From a bacterium (GTDB taxonomy: Bacteria > JADJOY01), in NCBI GenBank assembly GCA_046331705.1, contig JAXLQJ010000002.1, forward strand, positions 58,370-78,369: DNA of 20,000 nt, read 5' to 3'. Each line of letters opens with the position of its first letter. The stretch's first letter is position 1. The position numbers and the translations under genes are program-made. Below the pieces are notes generated by a model, which saw only the letters and a program-made list of their open reading frames with translations, did not search any database and was not told where the DNA came from. Below are positions 1-9,083 of the stretch, one piece after another.

Positions 1-1
1 C

Positions 2-3000
2 ACGCGCCTCACCGACGGCATGACCGCCGACCGCCAGCCCGCGTGGTCGCCCGACGGCGACTCGATCGTCTACACGTCGCGCTGGAAGAACGAGAGCCTC
101 GAGAACTTGTGGATCCTCGATCCCACCAAGCCCGCGTGGCGCTGGCGGCTCACCTGGGCGGGCGGCCACGACGCCGTCTGGACGCCGGACGGCCAGTGGG
201 TGATCTACGCGGCCGCGCGCGGCTCGGATCCCGCGGATACCGATCTGTGGGCCATCCGGCCGAGCGACGGCGCCGAGCGGCAGCTCACCTCCGGCCCGGC
301 GCTGGACGCGAGCCCCGCGGTCTCGGCCGACGGCCTGCACGTGGTCTACGCCCGCTTCGCGACCGACACCAACGACGACGGCCGCATCGGCACCGACGAC
401 GACGCGTCGATCGCACGCCTCGACCTCGACACCAGCCGCCTCGCCGAGCTCACCGAGACCTCGCTGCCGACGCCGATCCCGCTCACTCCCGACGACTACT
501 TCGACGCGTTCCCGCGGGTCGTGGGCAGCCGCGTGGTGATGGCATCCGATCGGCTCGCGGTCCGCGGCCGCAATCTCGACGTCGTCGAGATACCGCTCGC
601 AGGGCTGGTGCGCGAGGAAGCGAGCGCCGCCGAGCAGCTCCGTCTCGCCCGCGCCCTCGATGCGCGGCCGGGCCTCGACCCACGCGTACGCATCCTCGGC
701 TACGCGAAGGTGCTGCGTCCCTTCGCCGCCGGGAGCGCCGCCAGCGCGGACGATCTCGACGAAGCGCGCGAGCGGATCGGCGAGCTCGAGCTCCTCGCCG
801 GCCAGCGCCGCGAGGCCGTGCGCGCGTTCGAGGCGCTGGTGGCGAGCGCCGCGCCGGGAGCGATCGCGCGAGCCCGCGCCGAGGTGGAGCTGGTGAAGAT
901 CCGCCGCGAGGACGCCGAGGACGATCTCTCGGCGCCCGCCCAGCGGCACGCGCTCGACGAACGCCTGGACGCGGGGCTCGCCACCCTGGCCGAGATCGAC
1001 CGGCGTTTCCCGGGCACCCTCGAGATCCAGGTGCGCGCGGCGATCGAGCGCGGCCGCCACCATCTCTCGCGCGGGATCCGCGGTGCCGCCCTCGACGACT
1101 TCCGCGCCGCCGAGGCCGCGGCGCAGACGTTTCCCGCCCTCGCCGCCGAAGCGGCGTTCGAGCGCGGGCGCGTCTACCAATCGGTCTCGGACACACAGGG
1201 CTTGGTCGGCTCGGACGTGAACCTGCTCACCCGCTATCGCGACGTGGCGCCCTGGGCGGAGCGCGCCGCCGACCGCGCCATCGCCGCGGTCCTCGGCGAC
1301 GCCACGGTGCTCGAGCCGGCGCAGCGTCTCGCCCGGCTCGTGGATCTCGCCGCCGAGCGCAAGGCGGTGCCGGTGCTGCCGGCGCGCGCGCTTCTCGAGG
1401 TCGGCAGGGCGCACGCGGAGGCCGGTCGCCCCGAGCGCGCCCAAGAGGTCTATCGCCGCGTTCCCGCCGAGTTCCCGGAGGATCGGGCGCAAGTGGCCGA
1501 GGCGCGCTTCCGGCTCGCCAGCCTCGCCTACGCTGCCGGGCGCTGGGACGAAGCCCTCGAGCAGTACCGCCTCATCCAACGCGACGTGCCGCAAGCCGAG
1601 CGCGCCTACGAGCTGGCGCGGGAGAGCTTCGTGCGCGCGGCGGTCGAGAAGGGCGAAGCGGAGATCAAGGGACGCGATCCCCAGAGCGCCATCGCCACCT
1701 TCGTCGGCCTGGTGAAGTACGACCCGAGCGTCGTGGAAGCGCACCGCGGGCTCGTCGACGCCTACGTCCGCGCCCGGCGCCTGAAGGAGATCCAGAGCCA
1801 CTACGAGGCGCAGCTCGAGCAGAACCCCAGCGACGCGGTGGCGGCGTACGCGCTCGGGCTCGTCTTCACCTACCCCGAAGCGCTCGATCTCGACGCCGCC
1901 GAGAAGTGGCTCAGGCGCTCCATCGTCCTCGATCCGCGCAACGCGTACGCGCACCAGACGCTCGGCTTCGTCCTCAAGGCCCGCGCCGACCGCGTCGAGG
2001 AGCCGAGCCTGGCGCGCGAGCTGATGGACGCCACCGTGGGCTCGGTGCTGGCCAAGACGGGCATCCGCTCGCAGGAGACCGAGCGCAAGGAAGACCTGCT
2101 CAACCAAGCGCTCGAGAAGTACCAGGCCGCGCAGGCGCTCTCGAACGAAGCGATGAGTCCCGGTCAGCGCGCCGATCTCGACCTCAACCTCGGCAACGTC
2201 TATCTCGAGCTCGGCAACGATCTGCGCGCGTACGAGTCGTACCGAGCGCGCGAGGCCTCGGGCCGGCCGTTCGCCGTCGAGGAACAGGAAGCGCTCTTCC
2301 ACACGAGCTTCTCGAAGGCGGCCCACCGCACGGGGCACCTCGACGAGGCCGAGCGCCACGCGCTCGCCGCGCTGGCGTTCTGGCGCCCGCGCAAGGACGA
2401 GGCGCGGATCTACGAGCTGGTCGACAGCCTCGGCCTCGTCTACCAGGAGCAAGGCCGGCGCACCGAGGCGGTGGAGGCCTATCGCGAGACGCTCGAGATC
2501 AGCCGGCGGCGCGGCGACGAGTCCAACGCCTTCCGGGCGCTCATGAACCTGGCCGTGAATCTCACGTTCCAGGCGGAAAACGGCGTGCGCGGCGCCGATT
2601 GGTCGCTGCTCGACGAGGCGCTCGCGCGTCACGAGGAGGCGCTCGCCAAGCTCGGCACGCGCGCCACGCGAAGCGAGAGCAGCACCGGGTTCGCCGTGAC
2701 CAACGTGAACGTGGCGCTGGCCGGCGAGTCGTCCTCCGCCGCCACCGGCTTCGACGAGGCGGGCTTCCGGCGCCTCTTCCTCACCTTCGTCGCCCGCATC
2801 CACCGCGATGCGGGCAACGTCGACGAGAGCGTCGCGGCGCTGACGGCCAAGCGTGCCCAGCTTCCCGCGCTCGAGCCACGCGACGCGGCCCGTAACCCGG
2901 GCACCGCCATCGACCACGCGATCCTGCTCGAGCAGATCGGCGCGCTTAGGCTGGCGCAAGGCAAGCCCGCCGAGGCGCTTGGCGCGCTGACCCGATCGCT

Positions 3001-6000
3001 CGAGCTCTGCGAGGCCCTGGGCGACGTCGGGTTGGCAGGCGCCGTCGCGGGTATCGAGCAGCTCGCGCGCCTGGCCGGCGAGGCCCCGGCGAGCGTCCTC
3101 GACGACACCCGCGCAGCAGCGCTCGTCGCGCACGCCGAGCGCGTGCGCGAGCTGGCGTCCAACGCCACCACGAATCCCGAGCGCCGCTGGCTCGTGGCGC
3201 GAGCGTGGAACGCCGAGGCGGAGATCGTGCGGGCCGGCATCGCGCGCGAGCCCGCGGCACCGGCGGCAGGCTCGCGAGCGACCGTGGCGGAGCGCGTGCG
3301 CAGCGGTCTCGCGGCCGCCGAGCGGGATGCCGCGGCGCTCGATCGCGCGCGCGCGGCCCTCGACCAGGCGCTCACGGTGCTCGGGGCGCCACGACCGGAC
3401 GACCCGCCGGCGATCGCGCGGGCGCGGGCCATCTCGGCGGTGAACCGGGCGCGGCTGGGGTTGCGGGTCGCCGCCGATGCCAGCGCGGCGCGCGCGGCCC
3501 TCGACGTCGCCTTGGGCGGGCTGCGCGACGGCGCCGACGACGACCTACGCTGGCGCGTGCTCGCGGAGCGCGGCGCGCTGCGCGAACGAGCGCGCGACGA
3601 CCAGGACGGCGCGACCGCCGATCTGGAAGCGGCGGCGGCGCTCGTGAAGGCGCTCGCCCCGGGAACGCTCGAGGTCGACGATGCCGGCGAGCTCGATGCG
3701 CTCTTCGACAGGCTCGCCAGCCGTGCCGTCGTCCAGGGACGGGTGTCGAAGGCGCTCACGCTGCTCGACACCGCGCCCGCGATCGCCCTCGCACACGTGG
3801 TCGGCGCGGGGCTCGCGCCCGAGCCGCCGCGACCGCCCGATGCCGCGCTCGCCGCCGCCGTGGGCTCGCCGCCGCAAGAGGAGAAATCGCGCGAGCGCGA
3901 GGTGCTCGCGAGCGTGCTCGCCCGCGAGCCTCTCGATCCCGGCGATCTGCAGGCGCGGCTCGGCGAGGGCGAGATCGTGCTGGCGCCGGTGACCGTGCCG
4001 CGCTCGGCGATCGTCCGGGTGTTCCGCCTCGACGCCGCGCGCCTCGACGCGGTGGAGGTGCCGCGCACCGGCGACGACGCCGCGCTCGCGAGCGCGGTGA
4101 TCGCCGCGGGGCTCGGTGGGCGCAGACCGACGGCGCTCTACCTCTCACCACGCGCCGAGCTGGTCCGCTTGCCGTGGGAGAGCGCGATCCCCGTGGGAGT
4201 ACCGTCGGCGCGGGTGCTGAGCCTCGCACACCTCGCCGCCTCGCTCGATGCGCGCAACGTGCTGCGCGAGGGCCGCTTGCGCATCGCCGCCGAGCGCACA
4301 CCCGGGCCCGTCGCACCCGAGGTGACCGAGATCGCGGGCGCGGATGCGGATCGCGAGCGCATCCTGCGCGAGCTCCCTGGGAAATCGATCGTCGAGATCG
4401 CGACGCCGCTCACCGGCGGCAGCGACCCGCTGGCGCTGCGCCCCGCGCTCCCGCTCGGTGCGGGCCGGCTGCAGCGCTTCACCCTCGACGATCTGGTGCG
4501 CGAGCCGGCGCGCCGCCGCGTGGCGCTCGCGCAGGCGATCGAGGCGTCGTCGCTCACCCGTGACGCCGCCGTGCAGGTCCTCGCTGCCGCCGGCTTCCCG
4601 TCGGTCGTGATCGCGCCGGAGGCCTCGACCCGCGAGCGCGTCGTGGCGGCGCTCGGCGAAGCCTCGGTGGGCGAGGCGGTGGCGAGCGCCCGCAAGAGCG
4701 CTCCCACGACTCCGCTCGAGCTCTACGGCGCGGTGGGATTCGACGCCGACCAGGCGCTGGCGTTCGCCGAGGAGCGCTACGGCGATCTCGTCGCCCAGGC
4801 GGCGCGCGCGTATCGAGAGGAGCGCTGGAAGGACGCGGCCGACGCGTTCGCCGACGCGCTCAGCCTGGAAGAGATCCTCGATCGCCCGGCCGACCGCGCG
4901 CAGATGCTCTACCGGCTCACCGACGCCTGCGCCCGCGCCGGCCAATGGCAGCGAGCCACGCGCTACCAGCAGCAATCCGTCGCCGACGCGCGCAAGCAAG
5001 GCGATCCGGCGGCGCTCGCCCAGGCGCTCTTCGACCTCGGCGTCTTCCGCTCGCGCGCCGAGGATTTCGACGGCGCGATCGCCGCCCTCGGCGAGACCGC
5101 AGCGCTATGGGCCAAGCTCGGACGCGTCGCGGACAAGAGCCAGGCGCTCGCGGTGCAAGGGATCGCCGAGGAGAGCGCCGGGCGTTACCAGCGCGCGCTC
5201 GAGACCTTCGGCACCGCGCTGGCGCTCGACGAGGTGAGCGGTGCCTCCGAGGGCCAAGGGCGCCAGATTCGCCGCATCGGCCGCATCCAGCTGGTGCGGC
5301 TCAATCGCTACGCGGACGCGGAAGCGAGCTTCCGCAAGGCGCAGGCGATCCTCGAGAGCGCAGGCGACGTCCCGGGCTGGATCGAATCGACCCTGGAGAT
5401 CGGCCTCGCGCGAGTGGCGATCGGCGATCTCGCCGGCGCCATCGCGCAATACGACGAAGGGCTCGAGGCGGCGCGGGACTCCGACGAGAAGGCGCTCGTC
5501 GCCAAGGCGCTCGCCTACCGCGCCGAAGCGCATTGGCTCTCCGCGAGCTACGGCGAGGCCTTCGCCGACATCCGCGCTGCGGAACAAGCGGCCGAGGCGG
5601 CCTCAGCGCCGCGCCAGGCGTTCCTGGCGACCAACCTGAACGCGTTGGTGCGATGGAGCCTGAACGACTTCGACGCGGCGCTGGACGAGGCCGAACGGGC
5701 GCTCGCGCTCGCCGAGAAGCTGGGCGAGAAGACGGACGTATCCGCCGTCCACAACAACCTCGGGATCATCCACCGCGACGCCGGCCGGCCTGCGGCGGCG
5801 CTCGAGGAGCTGGACCAAGCGCTCGCGGTGGATCGCGCCATCGGCTCGCGCTGGGGCGAGGGCTACGACCTGCGCAACATCGGCATGACGTACCTCGTCA
5901 TGGGTCGCCTGGACGCCGCGCTCGACTCCCTGACCCGCGCGGTCGACGTGAGCCGCTCGATCGGCGATCGGGTCAACGAGGCGAAGGCGCTCGTGAGCCT

Positions 6001-7606
6001 CGGCGACACCCAGCTCGCGCTCGCGCGGCCCGCAGACGCCGAGCGGACCTTCGTCGACACCGCGACGCTGGCGCACGAGCTGGGCGTGCGCGAGGTCGAG
6101 TGGCGCGCGCTCTGGGGCCGCGGCCGCGCGGAGCGCGAACAAGGCCGGTTCCCCGAGGCCCGCGCCAGCTTCGAGGCGGCGGTGGAGCTGGTGGAGAGCC
6201 TGCGCGCGGCCCTCAAGATCGAGGAGATGCGCAACGGCTTCATCACCAACAAGGTCGATCTCTACGAGGACCTGATCCGGCTCCTCCTCGACCGCGGCGA
6301 GGTGGCGCGCGCCTTCGACGTCGCGGAGCGGTCGCGGGCACGCGGCTTCATCGACCTGCTGGGCAACCAGAAGCTCGCGCCCGCGAAGGCGGCGAGCCGC
6401 GAGCTGCTCGCGAAGGTGCGCGCCCTCGACGTGCGCGTCGAGGAGGTGCGCAGCCAGCCGGCCGGCGCCGATCGCGACCGCGCGCTCGCCGCCGCCGAGA
6501 GCGAGCGCAAGGACCTGCTCACCCAGATCCAGCTCGAGGACCCGGCGCTCTCGAGCTTCGTGTCGGTGTCGCCGCTCGACGTCGCGGGCGTGAGAGCGCT
6601 GCTCGCGCCCGACGTGACGCTGCTCGCGTACTTCGTCGCGAAGAGCGAGGTGATCGTGTGGGTGGTGCGGAACGACTCCCTCGACGTGGCGCGCACGCCG
6701 CTCACGCGCGCCGAGCTCGAGAAGCGCGTGCTCGGCTTCCGCGACCGGATCCAGAAGGTGGAGCCGGTGGAAGCGGAGTCGCAAGCGCTCTACGACGCGC
6801 TGATCCGGCCCATCGCGGCGCGCATCCCCAAGGACGCCACCCTCGCGATCGTGCCCCACGGCATCCTTCACTACCTGTCGTTCGCCGCGTTGGCCGACGC
6901 CAAGGATCCGGCCGCCCCGTACCTGATCCAGCACCACCCGATCTTCATGAGCGCCAGCGCCAGCGTCCTCGCCTACACGGTCAAGCCCGACGCCGGTCGA
7001 CCGCGCGGGGCGCTCAAGGTGCTGGCCATCGGCAATCCCGATCTCGGGACACGCGATTTCGATCTGCCGTTCGCCGAGAAGGAAGTGAAGAGCCTCGCCT
7101 GGACGTATCCGCAGATCGACATCCTCACCGGCGCCAAGGCCACCAAGGAATGGCTGCTCGCGCACGTCGGCGAGTACGACGTCATCCACCTGGCCTCGCA
7201 CGGCGAGTTCGATCCGGTGAACCCGCTCGCCTCGGCGCTCAAGCTCGCGACCAGCTCGAGCGACGCCGCCGCCGGCGATCTCTTCGCCCGCGAGGTCTTC
7301 GGGCTAGATCTCAAGGCCACCATGGTCACGCTCTCCGCGTGCCAGACGGGTCTCGGCAAGGTCGAGGCCGGCGACGAGGTGATCGGCCTCAACCGCGCGT
7401 TCCTCTACGCCGGCACGCACAGCCTGCTGTCGAGCCTGTGGCGCGTCTCCGACGTCTCGACGGCGATCCTGGTCAAGCACTTCTACCGGAACTTCGTGCA
7501 CGAGCCGCGCGCCGAGTCGCTTCGCCAGGCGCAGCTCCACGTCATGAGCTACTACCCGCACCCGAGCTACTGGGCTGGCTTCGTGCTGAGCGGCGACTAC
7601 CGCTGA
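2..7606 (+). CDS. Giant PD40/TolB-propeller + TPR + CHAT-domain (caspase-like cysteine protease) protein, 5'-truncated by the window edge
   Basis: The frame is open from position 2 (TRLTDG precedes the ATG at 20, continuing a PD40-type repeat), so the true start is probably upstream. N-terminal repeats PAWSPDG, AVWTPDG and PAVSADG. Many TPR-like helices (e.g. AHQTLGFV, DLNLGNVYLELG, VHNNLGIIHRDAG, DLRNIGMTYLVMG). C-terminal CHAT motifs IVPHGILHYLSF, DVIHLASHG (His codon 7199), VTLSACQTG (Cys codon 7340), AFLYAGTHSLLSSLWRVSD and HPSYWAGFVLSG. Confidence 0.93.
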   Translation, partial: TRLTDGMTADRQPAWSPDGDSIVYTSRWKNESLENLWILDPTKPAWRWRLTWAGGHDAVWTPDGQWVIYAAARGSDPADTDLWAIRPSDGAERQLTSGPALDASPAVSADGLHVVYARFATDTNDDGRIGTDDDASIARLDLDTSRLAELTETSLPTPIPLTPDDYFDAFPRVVGSRVVMASDRLAVRGRNLDVVEIPLAGLVREEASAAEQLRLARALDARPGLDPRVRILGYAKVLRPFAAGSAASADDLDEARERIGELELLAGQRREAVRAFEALVASAAPGAIARARAEVELVKIRREDAEDDLSAPAQRHALDERLDAGLATLAEIDRRFPGTLEIQVRAAIERGRHHLSRGIRGAALDDFRAAEAAAQTFPALAAEAAFERGRVYQSVSDTQGLVGSDVNLLTRYRDVAPWAERAADRAIAAVLGDATVLEPAQRLARLVDLAAERKAVPVLPARALLEVGRAHAEAGRPERAQEVYRRVPAEFPEDRAQVAEARFRLASLAYAAGRWDEALEQYRLIQRDVPQAERAYELARESFVRAAVEKGEAEIKGRDPQSAIATFVGLVKYDPSVVEAHRGLVDAYVRARRLKEIQSHYEAQLEQNPSDAVAAYALGLVFTYPEALDLDAAEKWLRRSIVLDPRNAYAHQTLGFVLKARADRVEEPSLARELMDATVGSVLAKTGIRSQETERKEDLLNQALEKYQAAQALSNEAMSPGQRADLDLNLGNVYLELGNDLRAYESYRAREASGRPFAVEEQEALFHTSFSKAAHRTGHLDEAERHALAALAFWRPRKDEARIYELVDSLGLVYQEQGRRTEAVEAYRETLEISRRRGDESNAFRALMNLAVNLTFQAENGVRGADWSLLDEALARHEEALAKLGTRATRSESSTGFAVTNVNVALAGESSSAATGFDEAGFRRLFLTFVARIHRDAGNVDESVAALTAKRAQLPALEPRDAARNPGTAIDHAILLEQIGALRLAQGKPAEALGALTRSLELCEALGDVGLAGAVAGIEQLARLAGEAPASVLDDTRAAALVAHAERVRELASNATTNPERRWLVARAWNAEAEIVRAGIAREPAAPAAGSRATVAERVRSGLAAAERDAAALDRARAALDQALTVLGAPRPDDPPAIARARAISAVNRARLGLRVAADASAARAALDVALGGLRDGADDDLRWRVLAERGALRERARDDQDGATADLEAAAALVKALAPGTLEVDDAGELDALFDRLASRAVVQGRVSKALTLLDTAPAIALAHVVGAGLAPEPPRPPDAALAAAVGSPPQEEKSREREVLASVLAREPLDPGDLQARLGEGEIVLAPVTVPRSAIVRVFRLDAARLDAVEVPRTGDDAALASAVIAAGLGGRRPTALYLSPRAELVRLPWESAIPVGVPSARVLSLAHLAASLDARNVLREGRLRIAAERTPGPVAPEVTEIAGADADRERILRELPGKSIVEIATPLTGGSDPLALRPALPLGAGRLQRFTLDDLVREPARRRVALAQAIEASSLTRDAAVQVLAAAGFPSVVIAPEASTRERVVAALGEASVGEAVASARKSAPTTPLELYGAVGFDADQALAFAEERYGDLVAQAARAYREERWKDAADAFADALSLEEILDRPADRAQMLYRLTDACARAGQWQRATRYQQQSVADARKQGDPAALAQALFDLGVFRSRAEDFDGAIAALGETAALWAKLGRVADKSQALAVQGIAEESAGRYQRALETFGTALALDEVSGASEGQGRQIRRIGRIQLVRLNRYADAEASFRKAQAILESAGDVPGWIESTLEIGLARVAIGDLAGAIAQYDEGLEAARDSDEKALVAKALAYRAEAHWLSASYGEAFADIRAAEQAAEAASAPRQAFLATNLNALVRWSLNDFDAALDEAERALALAEKLGEKTDVSAVHNNLGIIHRDAGRPAAALEELDQALAVDRAIGSRWGEGYDLRNIGMTYLVMGRLDAALDSLTRAVDVSRSIGDRVNEAKALVSLGDTQLALARPADAERTFVDTATLAHELGVREVEWRALWGRGRAEREQGRFPEARASFEAAVELVESLRAALKIEEMRNGFITNKVDLYEDLIRLLLDRGEVARAFDVAERSRARGFIDLLGNQKLAPAKAASRELLAKVRALDVRVEEVRSQPAGADRDRALAAAESERKDLLTQIQLEDPALSSFVSVSPLDVAGVRALLAPDVTLLAYFVAKSEVIVWVVRNDSLDVARTPLTRAELEKRVLGFRDRIQKVEPVEAESQALYDALIRPIAARIPKDATLAIVPHGILHYLSFAALADAKDPAAPYLIQHHPIFMSASASVLAYTVKPDAGRPRGALKVLAIGNPDLGTRDFDLPFAEKEVKSLAWTYPQIDILTGAKATKEWLLAHVGEYDVIHLASHGEFDPVNPLASALKLATSSSDAAAGDLFAREVFGLDLKATMVTLSACQTGLGKVEAGDEVIGLNRAFLYAGTHSLLSSLWRVSDVSTAILVKHFYRNFVHEPRAESLRQAQLHVMSYYPHPSYWAGFVLSGDYR
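365..403 (+). other. DxNxDG (EF-hand-like) calcium-binding loop inserted in the propeller region
   Basis: The translation DTNDDGRIGTDDD matches the Dx[DN]xDG Ca-binding loop pattern. Confidence 0.55.
3536..4740 (+). other. Internal degenerate (pseudo-)CHAT module of the giant protein
   Basis: Colinear similarity to 6086-7606. EPLDPGDLQARLGEGEIVL vs SPLDVAGVRALLAPDVTLL; LYLSPRAELVRLPW vs LAIVPHGILHYLSF; EIAGADADRERIL vs DILTGAKATKEWLL; SIVEIATPL vs DVIHLASHG; LAAAGFPSVV vs FLYAGTHSLL; LELYG vs FVLSG. Confidence 0.7.
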
Positions 7607-7610
7607 CGCC

Positions 7611-7661
7611 AGCGGCGCGTTCACGCGCCGCTCCTCGTCGCCGCGGTGCCGCGGCGAGGAG
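7611..7661. terminator. Tandem GC-rich hairpins between convergent genes (possible bidirectional terminator, no U-tract)
   Basis: AGCGGCGCGT-TC-ACGCGCCGCT (7611-7632, perfect 10-bp inverted repeat) abuts CTCCTC-gtc-GCCGCGG-TG-CCGCGGC-GAGGAG (7631-7661). Both lie between the stops at 7606 (+) and 7677 (-). Confidence 0.55.
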
Positions 7662-7676
7662 AAGGTCGAACACGGG

Positions 7677-9062
7677 TCAGGGCAGCGCCGCGAACGCGTG
7701 GCTGCGACGGTCGGGCCGCCCGAACTCGAGGAAGTAGCGCAGCCCCGCGAGGAACGGCACGCCGAACGTGGCGCGCTCCTTCCACATCCGCACCACGCTC
7801 CCGAGCACCGCGAACGGCGCCACCGGCAGCCGCGCCAAGCGCCGCGCCAGCGGCGCGCTCCACGGGAACGCCGTGGCCAGCCCGAAGAGGTGGTAGAGGT
7901 TCCTCACCTCGCGCTCGGTGTGAGCGGCGCCGTCGCCCGCGGCGACCACGGCGCGCTCCCCGAACGGCGTGCCGGGCAACGCCACGGAGAGCGTGACACG
8001 CGCGAAATCCGCGCGCAGCCGGTGATTGAAGCGAATCGTCGTCCACACGTCCTCGGGACCCTCGCCCGGCGAGCCGACCAGGTTGAAGGTCACCAGCGCG
8101 ATGCCGGCGGCGCGGATCCGCGCCGCCGCCTCGATCACCTGCTGGTCGCTGGCGCGCCGATTCAGCACGGCCCGGCGGCGCTGCTCGTCACCGGATTCGA
8201 TGCCGATGCCGAGGGCGCGACAGCCGGCCCGCGCCAGCGCGCGGATCGTCCGCTCGGAGGCGAGCTCGGGGGCGAGATGGCAGGAGAACGGCACGCGCGC
8301 GGCGCTCGGAAAGCGATCCGCCAGCTCCTCGACCCATTCGGCGCGCGCGCCGAACACGTCGTCGCCGAAGTGCACGTGGCCGAGCGGCGCGCGGGCGGCC
8401 ACGTCGCGCAACTCCTCGATCACGCGCGCCACGCTCTTCACGCGCACCCACTCGCGCGGCTCGTGGTACACGCGCCTGAGCGCGGGTTGATAGCAATACG
8501 CACACGAGAACGGGCAGCCGCGCCCCGCCAGGAAGCGCTTCCACGGAAACGCGCGCATGCCCGGATAGCGCGCCCAGTAGAGGTCACGATCGGGAAGCGG
8601 CAGCGCGTCGAGGTCCATGCGCAGCGGACGCGGGCGGTTGCGGACCGCGCGGCCTTCGACCCGACTCGCGCTCCCGGGCAAGTCCCGGAACCCGTCGCCA
8701 CGCTCGAGGCGCTCGGCCAGCTCGGCAAGCGTGTCCTCGGCATCGCCCACCACGGCGACGTCCGCGTGGGAGTCGAGCGACTGCTCCGGCAAGAAGGTCG
8801 GATAGCTGCCCACGAGCGCGACCGGCACGTCGAGCACCGCGCGGGCGCGAAACGCCGTGCGCTGCGCCCATTCCCGCGCCAAGAGCGAAGCCTGCACCAC
8901 CGCGAGATCGGGCCGGAGGTCGCGCGCCAGCGTCCACAGAGCGGGCTCCTGCGACTCGATGAGCAGCGCGGTACGGTGCCCGCGCGCGCGCAACGCCGCC
9001 GAGGTCTCGGCGAGCACCGGCGACTCGTCGAACGCGCTACGAGCGACGAAGAGCACCTGCAC
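7677..9062 (-). CDS. B12-binding domain / radical SAM protein (class B methyltransferase-like, BchE/HpnP/HpnJ-type architecture)
   Basis: N-terminal Rossmann-type B12-binding domain (SAALRARGH...RPDLAVV...VALVGSYPTFLPE...DVAVVGDAEDT). Linker DLDALPLPDRDL. GRGCPFSCAYC CxxxCxxC motif at 8493-8516, followed by HFGDDVF, GIGIESG and FNLVGSPGE. GTG start. Confidence 0.9.
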   Translation of the reverse strand: MQVLFVARSAFDESPVLAETSAALRARGHRTALLIESQEPALWTLARDLRPDLAVVQASLLAREWAQRTAFRARAVLDVPVALVGSYPTFLPEQSLDSHADVAVVGDAEDTLAELAERLERGDGFRDLPGSASRVEGRAVRNRPRPLRMDLDALPLPDRDLYWARYPGMRAFPWKRFLAGRGCPFSCAYCYQPALRRVYHEPREWVRVKSVARVIEELRDVAARAPLGHVHFGDDVFGARAEWVEELADRFPSAARVPFSCHLAPELASERTIRALARAGCRALGIGIESGDEQRRRAVLNRRASDQQVIEAAARIRAAGIALVTFNLVGSPGEGPEDVWTTIRFNHRLRADFARVTLSVALPGTPFGERAVVAAGDGAAHTEREVRNLYHLFGLATAFPWSAPLARRLARLPVAPFAVLGSVVRMWKERATFGVPFLAGLRYFLEFGRPDRRSHAFAALP

Positions 9063-9083
9063 GGCGATCGCTCGGTGCCGCGC

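Noticed and set aside
2-7606. Type III-E CRISPR-associated protease Csx29 (Craspase)
   Set aside because: No cas genes or repeat-spacer array are in the window, and the protein is far larger with a propeller domain. Only the TPR-CHAT fold is shared.
43-7737. Long alternative-frame ORFs (43-2895, 3205-4563, 4945-7737, 5603-7201 and others)
   Set aside because: These are Arg-rich shadow frames expected in high-GC coding DNA, where stop codons are rare. They show no recognisable motifs.
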